A program made the position numbers and the translations under genes. The notes under the pieces were generated by a model, which worked only from the letters and a program-made list of their open reading frames with translations, was not told where the DNA came from and ran no database searches. Below are positions 1 to 7,614 of a stretch of 32,000 bases of DNA, piece by piece. Position 1 is the stretch's first letter; each line of letters begins with the position of its first letter. The stretch lies in contig SVDZ01000003.1 in NCBI GenBank assembly GCA_015057625.1, forward strand, positions 196,180 to 228,179, read 5' to 3'. The DNA comes from Lachnospiraceae bacterium. Its GTDB lineage: Bacteria > Bacillota > Clostridia > Lachnospirales > Lachnospiraceae.

Positions 1-53
1 TATGGCAATTCAAGATATTTTGTCATTATTTTCAATTTTTAGAGGTCTCGTTA

Positions 54-82
54 TTGACATTTTGTCTGTGCTGGGATACTTT
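54..82 (+). promoter_or_regulatory. Candidate sigma-A promoter for feoAB
   Basis: Perfect TTGACA at 54-59. Only weak -10 candidates lie 15-17 nt downstream (GATACT 75-80, TACTTT 77-82). A start here would place the 73-bp element in the transcript leader. Confidence 0.3.
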
Positions 83-111
83 ACTTTTGTAATGTTATCA
101 TTTCAACAACT

Positions 112-184
112 ATAACTTACAGAGTAAATTATCTCATGACTGACGCGCATTTCGCAGCAAGAACGCTGAGGCGTTCTTGAATTA
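112..184 (+). repeat. 73-bp hairpin element, copy A (5'-truncated), in the feoAB leader
   Basis: Identical over all 73 nt to 15061-15133, with unrelated flanks. Contains the hairpin aagaacgc-tgag-gcgttctt (159-178). Only part of the first hairpin is present. Confidence 0.85.
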
Positions 185-225
185 TCTATGTCAGTTATTT
201 ATTTTTATTATCTATGGAGGCAATT

Positions 226-2580
226 ATGACTTTAAAAGATTTGCAAATTGGTGAATGTGCAAACATACTTTCAGTCGGTGGTGAAGGTGCTCTGCGACAG
301 CATTTTCTGGATATGGGCGTAATTCCCGGCGCGGAAGTTTCTATAGTAAAGTACGCACCTATGGGCGACCCGATGGAGTTGCTTATTCACGGATATAAAC
401 TCACACTCCGCCTTGACGATGCTGCCCAAATTGAAGTGTCACCCATAAAATCTGATGAAACTGGTAAAAATATCTCAAGCACTAAGACAAAAGAGAAAAA
501 ATCTCACACAAGCCATCCGGGACTTGGTGAAGGTGGTAAGTATCATGCAAAGGGAAGTGGAGATCCCCTTCCTCCAGATACATTGCTTACTTTTGCCCTT
601 GTTGGAAATCAGAACTGCGGAAAGACTACTCTATTTAATCAACTTACCGGTTCAAACCAGCATGTAGGTAATTTCCCGGGAGTAACTGTTGACAGAAAAG
701 ACGGGCCAATCAGAGGGCATAAGAATACTCTTGTCACTGATTTGCCTGGCATCTATTCCATGTCACCATACAGCAATGAAGAAATTGTATCCCGAGATTT
801 TGTCTTGAAAGAAAAGCCAAAGGCTATCATCAATATTGTGGATGCTATGAATATAGAAAGAAATCTTTATCTGACAATGCAGCTTCTTGAAATGAACATG
901 CCTATGGTTGTGGCGCTCAATATGATGGATGAAGTGGCCGAAAATGGTGGAACCATTGATATCAATGCAATGGAAGCTATGCTTGGAGTTCCTGTTGTTC
1001 CGATTTCTGCCTCAAAGAATTCCGGTGTTGACGAGTTAGTTGAACACGCACTCCACATTGCTCATTATCAGGAACGTCCTGTACGCCAGGATTTCTGTGA
1101 CGAAGAGGGTCCTTGTGCCGCTGTTCACAGATGTCTTCACGGCATATGCCATCTCATTCAGGACCACACTAAAAATGCAAATATTCCTCTTAGATTTGCT
1201 GCAAGCAAAGTCATTGAGGGGGATTCACTGCTGATATCTAAACTCAATCTTGACGCCAATGAACTTGATGCCATAGAGCACATAGTATCTCAGATGGAAA
1301 AAGAACGCGGTCTTGACAGATGTGCTGCCATCGCCGATATGAGATTTTCATTTATCAGTAAGGTTTGTAAAGCTACTGTCAAGAAACCACGTGAGAGCAA
1401 AGAATCAATCCGAAGTGAAAAACTCGATCGCATTCTCACCGGTAAATACACAGCCATTCCTTCATTTATTTTGATAATGGGTATGGTATTTTGGCTCACC
1501 TTCAATGTTATAGGTGCCTGGTTCCAGGGGCTTATTGAGACAGGTGTCGAAGCTTTGTCAGCAATTGTCGATAATGCCATGACTTCAACGGATGTAAATG
1601 AAGTACTTCACGGCCTTATAATAGATGGTATTTTTGCCGGAGTAGGAAGTGTATTAAGTTTTCTTCCGATTATTGTTACACTGTTTTTCTTCCTCTCGCT
1701 TTTAGAGGACAGCGGTTATATCGCCAGAGTAGCTTTCTTTATGGATAAGTTGCTTAGAAAAATAGGACTTTCAGGTCGAAGTATTGTGCCTCTTCTCATT
1801 GGATTCGGTTGTACTGTTCCGGCAGTTATGTCAACCAGGACCCTTCCAAGTGAGCGAGACAGAAAGATGACTATTCTTCTCACTCCGTTTATGAGTTGCA
1901 CAGCTAAACTTCCAATTTATGCATTTTTTGTAAATGCCTTTTTCCCAAGACACGGTGCCCTTATTATGATTGGCCTGTATCTTCTTGGAATTGTAACCGG
2001 AATACTTGTTTCACTCTTATTCAGAAGAACTCTGTTCAAAGGTGAAGCCGTTCCGTTTGTAATGGAGCTTCCAACCTACAGAATGCCTGGTTTTAAAAAT
2101 GTAACTCAGCTTCTCTGGGAAAAAGCAAAGGACTTCTTGCAGAGAGCATTTACTGTAATTTTAATCGCAACAATTGTAATCTGGCTATTGCAAAGTTTTG
2201 ACTACCACTTTAACTATGTTACAGATTCAAGACAAAGCATACTCTCTATGCTTTCAGGATTATTAGTTCCAATAATGACTCCTATCGGACTTGGAGACTG
2301 GAGAATCTGCACTTCATTAATCAGTGGATTTATGGCAAAAGAAAGCGTAGTATCCACCCTTAACATCCTCTTTGATCAGGATGTTGCCGGCTCAATGACT
2401 TCACTGTCCGCCGCTTCACTTTTAGTGTTCTCGCTATTGTACACACCTTGTATTGCTGCCGTTGCATCAATCAAGCGTGAAATGGGACGCAAGTGGGCAT
2501 GGCTTGTAGTACTGTGGCAATGTTCCGTTGCCTGGTTCGTATCACTGGCAGTATATCTGATTGGATCATTGATAAAATAG
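226..2580 (+). CDS. feoB: Ferrous iron transporter, FeoA-FeoB fusion
   Basis: ORF 214..2580. N-terminal FeoA-like domain (MTLKDLQIGE...LRLDDAAQIEV), a Lys/Ser/Gly-rich linker, a G-domain (GNQNCGKTT, DLPG) and a long polytopic FeoB membrane domain. GGAGG lies 5 nt before ATG 226, and there is no RBS before ATG 214. Confidence 0.93.
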   Translation: MTLKDLQIGECANILSVGGEGALRQHFLDMGVIPGAEVSIVKYAPMGDPMELLIHGYKLTLRLDDAAQIEVSPIKSDETGKNISSTKTKEKKSHTSHPGLGEGGKYHAKGSGDPLPPDTLLTFALVGNQNCGKTTLFNQLTGSNQHVGNFPGVTVDRKDGPIRGHKNTLVTDLPGIYSMSPYSNEEIVSRDFVLKEKPKAIINIVDAMNIERNLYLTMQLLEMNMPMVVALNMMDEVAENGGTIDINAMEAMLGVPVVPISASKNSGVDELVEHALHIAHYQERPVRQDFCDEEGPCAAVHRCLHGICHLIQDHTKNANIPLRFAASKVIEGDSLLISKLNLDANELDAIEHIVSQMEKERGLDRCAAIADMRFSFISKVCKATVKKPRESKESIRSEKLDRILTGKYTAIPSFILIMGMVFWLTFNVIGAWFQGLIETGVEALSAIVDNAMTSTDVNEVLHGLIIDGIFAGVGSVLSFLPIIVTLFFFLSLLEDSGYIARVAFFMDKLLRKIGLSGRSIVPLLIGFGCTVPAVMSTRTLPSERDRKMTILLTPFMSCTAKLPIYAFFVNAFFPRHGALIMIGLYLLGIVTGILVSLLFRRTLFKGEAVPFVMELPTYRMPGFKNVTQLLWEKAKDFLQRAFTVILIATIVIWLLQSFDYHFNYVTDSRQSILSMLSGLLVPIMTPIGLGDWRICTSLISGFMAKESVVSTLNILFDQDVAGSMTSLSAASLLVFSLLYTPCIAAVASIKREMGRKWAWLVVLWQCSVAWFVSLAVYLIGSLIK

Positions 2581-2616
2581 TAGTGGAAATTGTTCCGAAG
2601 AGTGAGATTTGCTCCT

Positions 2617-2686
2617 GGGAAATGTAATGTTTTTGGGAGATGTAATGTTTTTTTGAGAGATGTAATGTTTTTTGAGAAATGTAATG
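2617..2686. repeat. Four tandem 18-20 bp repeats with core ATGTAATG
   Basis: ATGTAATG occurs at 2622, 2640, 2660 and 2679, each preceded by G(G/A)GA(A/G) and followed by a T-run. Located directly after the feoB stop. Confidence 0.85.
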
Positions 2687-2777
2687 CGCGAAAGCCATGA
2701 GATAACTTACTCTGTAAGTTATCGAAGCGAAAGCGATTATTTTTAATCGCGAAAGCCATGCCGACGCGCATTTTTTT
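2684..2777 (+). other. Composite palindromic element related to the 73-bp element; possible feoAB terminator
   Basis: Outer stem atgcgcg (2684-2690) / cgcgcat (2765-2771) followed by T7 (2771-2777). Inner hairpins: gataacttac-tct-gtaagttatc (2701-2723) and gcgatta-tttt-taatcgc (2733-2750). 13-bp direct repeat cgcgaaagccatg at 2687 and 2748. Shares catgagataacttac and gacgcgcattt with copies A and B. Confidence 0.6.
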
Positions 2778-2793
2778 CTATTTTGGGCTTGTG

Positions 2794-3144
2794 TGCAACA
2801 TATTTTTGAATTTCTTGATTTATGTTGTACATTTTTTCTTCCAATTTTTGTCCGCATACAACATAGAATTCATTTTCCTAATCTATGTTGTACATTTTTT
2901 CTTCCAATTTTTGTCCGCATACAACATAGATTTAATTTTCTTAATCCATGCTGTATTTTCTCCTCCAACAATTTTTTTCACGTACAGCATAGATTTAATT
3001 TTCTTAATCCATGTTGTATTTTTTGCTCCAACAATTTTTTTCACGTACAACATAGATTTAATTTTCTTAATCCATGTTGTATTTTTTGTTCCTGCAACTA
3101 TTTTTATGTACAACATAGAATTGAATTTCTTATTATATGTTGTA
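2794..3144. repeat. 63-bp-period tandem array 1 (6 units)
   Basis: T(A/G)CA(A/G)CAT at 2794, 2857, 2920, 2983, 3046 and 3109. ATG(T/C)TGTA at 2822, 2885, 2948, 3011, 3074 and 3137. All spacings are exactly 63 bp. 36-bp blocks alternate with 27-bp T-rich blocks, and these are mutually similar (2830-2856 is identical to 2893-2919). Confidence 0.95.
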
Positions 3145-3162
3145 CCCGCTCTTTACACACAC

Positions 3163-3294
3163 AATATGTGTCACATCAAATTATTTCCCCTGCATATCAT
3201 CAAAGCCATTTTGGCCACTTTAAACACTTTGCCCTGCATATCATCGAAGCCATAGTGATTGTATCTATCATGTTGCCCTTTTGTGACACATATT
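3163..3294. repeat. 13-bp inverted repeat enclosing two 22-bp direct repeats
   Basis: aatatgtgtcaca (3163-3175) is the reverse complement of tgtgacacatatt (3282-3294). Inside it, ccctgcatatcatc(a/g)aagccat occurs at 3188-3209 and 3232-3253 with one mismatch. Located just downstream of the GH5 stop on the minus strand. Confidence 0.8.
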
Positions 3295-3299
3295 TCACT

Positions 3300-5486
3300 C
3301 TAATATCCCACTCTCACATAATTTCCATTTACTATCGAGAGTACTTCATTGTACAAATAATTATGACCACTTTCGTTTGGCATCAATTTATTCCTGTACA
3401 AATAGTCTGCTATTTCGTAGACTGATTTTTTTGAAATTTCACTGTACTTGTATGTGCCATTTTTCAACTTCACATATGCTCTAATCATCAGCACACTACT
3501 GTAAAACTCTTTAGTTTTTATGTTCTTCATGGTCATGGCATAACTTTGCGCTCCGGCAATTTCACTGTGAATCGCAGTTATTCTTCCATTGTCAGTAGCT
3601 TTGAAACTATATACATTACTGTTGTTACTTTGAATAACCATCTCAGATTCATTTGCATATTCTTTAAGTCCGTATATCAAACCTTTTTCCACCACTTCAC
3701 TTTTTGGATCTGCCACGGAATAAATTGTTCTGAAACCTTCATATTGGGCATTGAACTGGAACCCGTTAATTTCCACTCTCGACTGCTCATATGACGCTCC
3801 CGTTGTTGTCTCCTGCGCCTTTGAAGTTTCCTCTGCTCCCGTTGTTGTCTCCTGCGCCTTTGTTGTCTCCTCTACCTCGGTTCTCTCTCTCAAAGACACC
3901 TCTGTAATTTTGACGGTATGCCCCGGAAGGTTGCTCACTCCGTCTATGGTTCCAAGACATATGGTACACTTAACACCTGTTTTTGTAACAGCCTGGGCAG
4001 GAATTATAATTTCAACTTCCTGAGTTTTTCCTGCCTCTAACGAAATTGTTTGCGATGCAAGAGTTTCGTAATTATTTGACGGTATCTGAAAATGAATTGT
4101 CACGCTTCTGCTTACTGAAGAATTCAGCTTACATCTGAACACATAGTCTTTTCCTGCATTTATCACGATATCCGCTTTTGAAACGTGGGGTTGCCAATTA
4201 CTCTCCCCCATGCTTTGAATTGTAACCGTGCCATCAGCACCATAAGTGTTTGAGTTTTGGTAGTTATAAAAAGAAAGATTATCAATCAGATTTTCTCCCT
4301 CTTCGTATTCAATGTCATGAATAGGCTCTTCGTCCTTCTCACTTGCAATCATTGACGAAATGAGATTTGGGAATAAAGGCACATATGAATATCTGTCAAA
4401 TATGCCAAAGCACTCCTCACCCTGTCTGTCAGCGGTGGTTCCATTGTCCCACCACACACAAGTAATTCCATATTTTCTTGCTGCCTTAACATAATATTTT
4501 GCATGAACTATTCTAGAATCAAGATTGCCCTTATTGGTGGTTCCGAATTCGCCAATAATTACAGGTGTTCCCTTCGACACAAACTTGTCGTAAAGCTTTT
4601 TCATCTGATTGTCCATTGCAATTTTGTCAGCTTCGCTGCCCCATGTGTTAACACCGCTGTCTTTCATTGCAAATTCATACGGCGAATATGCGTGAACCGA
4701 CAATATGACATTGGGATCATTTGGCTTCACAAAACCGTTTAACGCGCTATCCGTAATTGCCGCTGCCACTGTGGGAAGCATAACTTTTCTGATGCTGTTG
4801 TTTCCGCCGGTTGCTCTAATTGCATTAAGTGCAACCTGATTATAATAATTCAATACTGCTCTTGATTCCTCAGTTCCGCCACTCCACTCAGTAGGACTTC
4901 CTTCCTCCCTTGGCTCATTTAGCACTTCAAAAATCAGATTTCCACCATACTTATTAAATCTTGTAGCAATCTGAGTCCAAAGAGCATTGATAAGTTCAGC
5001 GTTTTGCTCCTTGTGGTTGTAATTCGGTATAATATGTTCTCCTTCATGATGGGTATTGAGAATAACATACATCCCCTCATCCAATGCGTAATTTACTACC
5101 TCTTCAACCCTGTTCATCCATGAGGCATTAACTGTGTAATCCGGTGCATTTCCCAGTTTATATGTCCAGGTAGTAGGAATTCTGACCGTTCTAAATCCAT
5201 GTTCCTTCAGTCCGTGAAGCAATTCTCTGGTAATGACAGGCTTTCCCCAGTTAGTCTCTGTCGCATTTGCTCCCTTAGCGGAATCAAGAGAATTTCCGAT
5301 ATTAATCCCCACTCCCATATCATCCACCATTTGTTGTGCCGTAATATCAAATGTAACCAGTGCATTTTCGTTTGCCTGTGCCATAACCGAATTCTTCATC
5401 TCTGTTTTACTAACTCCCGTAACCAACATCGCCCCACAAACCAAAAATGTGGTAACTCTCTTTCCGTACAATCCTAATTTCTTCAT
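3300..5486 (-). CDS. Secreted multidomain GH5 glycoside hydrolase (endoglucanase/cellulase family)
   Basis: Signal peptide. GH5 hallmarks FEVLNEPR (acid/base Glu) and PVIIGEFG (nucleophile Glu). These are followed by a beta-rich putative carbohydrate-binding region, a duplicated ETT(K/S)AQETTTGA linker and a ~170-aa C-terminal domain of unknown type. GGAG lies 8 nt before ATG 5486; ATG 5492 is too close to the SD. Confidence 0.9.
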   Translation of the reverse strand: MKKLGLYGKRVTTFLVCGAMLVTGVSKTEMKNSVMAQANENALVTFDITAQQMVDDMGVGINIGNSLDSAKGANATETNWGKPVITRELLHGLKEHGFRTVRIPTTWTYKLGNAPDYTVNASWMNRVEEVVNYALDEGMYVILNTHHEGEHIIPNYNHKEQNAELINALWTQIATRFNKYGGNLIFEVLNEPREEGSPTEWSGGTEESRAVLNYYNQVALNAIRATGGNNSIRKVMLPTVAAAITDSALNGFVKPNDPNVILSVHAYSPYEFAMKDSGVNTWGSEADKIAMDNQMKKLYDKFVSKGTPVIIGEFGTTNKGNLDSRIVHAKYYVKAARKYGITCVWWDNGTTADRQGEECFGIFDRYSYVPLFPNLISSMIASEKDEEPIHDIEYEEGENLIDNLSFYNYQNSNTYGADGTVTIQSMGESNWQPHVSKADIVINAGKDYVFRCKLNSSVSRSVTIHFQIPSNNYETLASQTISLEAGKTQEVEIIIPAQAVTKTGVKCTICLGTIDGVSNLPGHTVKITEVSLRERTEVEETTKAQETTTGAEETSKAQETTTGASYEQSRVEINGFQFNAQYEGFRTIYSVADPKSEVVEKGLIYGLKEYANESEMVIQSNNSNVYSFKATDNGRITAIHSEIAGAQSYAMTMKNIKTKEFYSSVLMIRAYVKLKNGTYKYSEISKKSVYEIADYLYRNKLMPNESGHNYLYNEVLSIVNGNYVRVGY

Positions 5487-5717
5487 CAACATATCTCCTC
5501 GTCTAATGATGCTTTATTCAAGACTCTCTCCCCTTTGCTTTTAAACCGCTCAAAATACCTAACACATGTTATGAGTTATGAGCAGCATTTCGTTCGTGCT
5601 CATTTTCCTTCCGATAAGTTACATTATATACAATTTTTAACCAACTGCATACCTTGAAATAATAATTGAAAATGTGTTATTATAACTATCAATATTTATT
5701 AAAGTAGGGAGGTTATT

Positions 5718-7460
5718 ATGAAACAATCTAAAATTATTTCGACATTACTTATCTGTTCGTTGGCAGCAAGTTCTTTATTTATCACTCCTGCTGACGCTGC
5801 GAAAAAAGATGCCTCTAAGGTTTCTTTTTCAAACAAAGTAATATCCCTTAACGTGGGGGCAAGAAAAACTATCAAACTTAAAGGCGTTAACAAAAAAATT
5901 AAGTGGAAGATCAAAAACACTAAAATTGCAAAAATAGTTGCCAAAAAAGGGAAATTCAAAAATAAGATTACTATCGAGGGGCTGAAAAAAGGCAGTACAA
6001 AAATCACTGCCAAATATAAGAGCCAAAAATATACTGCTAAGATTAAAGTATTAACAGCTTTCAAGGATGAGAAAGAGGCTACAACAACTAAATCAGGAAC
6101 AAGCCCAAATGCTGCAGGAACAAACGGTAACACAAACATTACTGAAACTACAGCTAATGTCAAAGATCCTTTAACAATGTCAGTTTCCGGAAAGGTTAAT
6201 AAAGATGACAATGGCGATTATGTATTAGCTCTTAATTACACTATCTCGGAAAATGGCGGAGATGGATCCTATGTCTTCACTCCTGGTTTAGGGATTAAAC
6301 TCGAGAAGAAAGTTGATAATAATTGGGTTGATCTTCCAATTAGATATGGCTATTTCAATCAAACATTAGTATACCTTTCTCGCTCTTACAGCAATACGCT
6401 TCCAATATACAGCGGCGAGGCATATGAAGGCATTGCGCATTATCCGGAAGCAATTGCCATTCCTACCATAGAGTCAGGCACATACAGATTTTCTCAGACA
6501 GTTTCCGATTGGCAAAATAATCTTTCTGTTACTGTTTCATCTGAATTTACCATTCATTTAGGCGAGACTGCTACAGAATCTGAAACTACTTCATATAATC
6601 TCGAAGATCATGTAGCAATGACTGTTTCAGGAAACATTGATACAGATGAAAACGGTGATTATATATTCTATCTTGATTATACGATTAAAACAAATGCAAA
6701 GGATGCATACCTCACTTTTACTCATGGTAATAACCTTAAACTTCAGAAGAAAGTTGACGATAATTGGGTTGAAATTCCAATGTGGAGCGGAGCATTCCAT
6801 GAAACATTAGTATACCTTAGTCCATATTTTGATCATACAGAAACACTCACAATATACAGCGGTAAAAAATATGAAGACAAGGGTTGGCTTTTAGAGGCAA
6901 TTGCCATTCCTTCTATAGAAAACGGCACTTACAGATTTGTTCAGTATCTATACGACCACAATAGCAATACTAGTATTCCGGTTTCAGCTGAATTTACTAT
7001 CAACACCGGTGAGACTATCGAACATGAAATCAAAGCTGTCTCTTTAATATGCGACAAATCATATAAATTGGAAAAAGGGGAAGACTACTCAGTGTTACCA
7101 TTCACTTTTTCAATCAATAACACTACTGATTCATCGATAATAGTCGAGAATTATTTCAGATTACTAGAAGTTAAAAAGGGAGATGAATGGGAGGAAGTTC
7201 CTGTGTTTGTGGGTCCACATAATGAGATGCTGTATACAATCAGATCAGGCGAGGCCGCAAACTACAATATGCCAATAACCGTGGGACTTAACCCATATGA
7301 ACTTGATAATATTCCATTATATTCGGTTATAATACAGAATTTAGAACCCGGTCATTACAGATACACTCATTACTACTCAACGGACCTTACAGATTTAATT
7401 CCTGTTTCAGCTGAATTTGATGTAATAGAAGATACTACAGAGGCTGAGACCACTAACTAA
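5718..7460 (+). CDS. Secreted protein: signal peptide, Big_2-like Ig domain and three ~135-aa repeats of an uncharacterised beta-rich domain
   Basis: AGGGAGG RBS. Signal peptide ending ...PADA. Lys-rich Big_2-like segment (VISLNVGARKTIKLKG...ITAKYKSQKYTAKIKV). Three internal repeats start near nt 6165, 6603 and 7023, sharing ...L(E/Q)KKVD(N/D)NWV(D/E)(L/I)P...GTYRF...(V/P)S(S/A)EF(T/D). Confidence 0.85.
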   Translation: MKQSKIISTLLICSLAASSLFITPADAAKKDASKVSFSNKVISLNVGARKTIKLKGVNKKIKWKIKNTKIAKIVAKKGKFKNKITIEGLKKGSTKITAKYKSQKYTAKIKVLTAFKDEKEATTTKSGTSPNAAGTNGNTNITETTANVKDPLTMSVSGKVNKDDNGDYVLALNYTISENGGDGSYVFTPGLGIKLEKKVDNNWVDLPIRYGYFNQTLVYLSRSYSNTLPIYSGEAYEGIAHYPEAIAIPTIESGTYRFSQTVSDWQNNLSVTVSSEFTIHLGETATESETTSYNLEDHVAMTVSGNIDTDENGDYIFYLDYTIKTNAKDAYLTFTHGNNLKLQKKVDDNWVEIPMWSGAFHETLVYLSPYFDHTETLTIYSGKKYEDKGWLLEAIAIPSIENGTYRFVQYLYDHNSNTSIPVSAEFTINTGETIEHEIKAVSLICDKSYKLEKGEDYSVLPFTFSINNTTDSSIIVENYFRLLEVKKGDEWEEVPVFVGPHNEMLYTIRSGEAANYNMPITVGLNPYELDNIPLYSVIIQNLEPGHYRYTHYYSTDLTDLIPVSAEFDVIEDTTEAETTN

Positions 7461-7464
7461 CACT

Positions 7465-7512
7465 ATTGAAGATGATTTAACAATGTCAGTTTCAGGAAAA
7501 ATTGTAGAATAA
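7465..7512 (+). other. Out-of-frame vestige of a fourth repeat unit after the stop codon
   Basis: att gaa gat gat tta aca atg tca gtt tca gga aaa att gta gaa taa reads IEDDLTMSVSGKIVE*. This copies the start of repeat 1 (KDPLTMSVSGKVNK, nt ~6167-6205) in a different frame from the CDS. Confidence 0.55.
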
Positions 7513-7536
7513 ATCACATTGTCTCTTCGAACAATA

Positions 7537-7588
7537 AAGAAGCGTTGCTTACGTGTTAATCAATACACTAAAGCAACGCTTTTTAATT
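7537..7588. terminator. Bidirectional intrinsic terminator between convergent genes
   Basis: Perfect 10-bp stem agcgttgctt (7541-7550) / aagcaacgct (7571-7580), extendable by A:T pairs. TTTT follows on the + strand and a T-rich tract (ttctttattgtt) follows on the - strand. Confidence 0.7.
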
Positions 7589-7614
7589 CTTCTTTATATT
7601 GTCGTTACATCATT

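Noticed and set aside
112-184. Fur box within the shared 73-bp element upstream of feoAB
   Set aside because: Only a half-site-like AATTATC is present. There is no 7-1-7 TGATAATnATTATCA palindrome. The identical copy in front of a sigma gene, together with the truncated hairpin, fits a repeat element better.
2794-3144. CRISPR array (36-bp repeats with 27-bp spacers)
   Set aside because: The 'spacers' are not unique: two are identical and the others differ by a few nt. The repeat termini are mutually complementary across the spacers. No cas genes or leader are present in the window. This is a tandem duplication array, the classic false positive of CRISPR finders.
2794-3144. Integron attC-like sites (GTTGTAC / TACAAC)
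   Set aside because: The cores do not fit GTTRRRY/RYYYAAC. No intI or gene cassettes are present, and the units are contiguous without intervening ORFs.
2758-3425. ORFs 2758..3255 (+), 2793..3425 (+) and 2883..3116 (-) as protein-coding genes
   Set aside because: They exist only because the 63-bp unit (21 codons) happens to lack stops in three frames. The translations are periodic low-complexity strings. They have no RBS. One of them runs into the GH5 gene on the opposite strand.
3787-3890. Tandem nucleotide duplication inside the GH5 gene as a regulatory repeat
   Set aside because: It is an in-frame duplication of a Thr/Glu-rich interdomain linker (ETT(K/S)AQETTTGA x2), which is ordinary linker expansion.
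5699-6211. 170-aa hydrophobic ORF antisense to the secreted-protein gene, and similar antisense ORFs at 28304..28756 and 31081..31461
   Set aside because: They lie fully inside well-supported genes on the opposite strand, lack an RBS, and have compositions that mirror the sense-strand codon bias.
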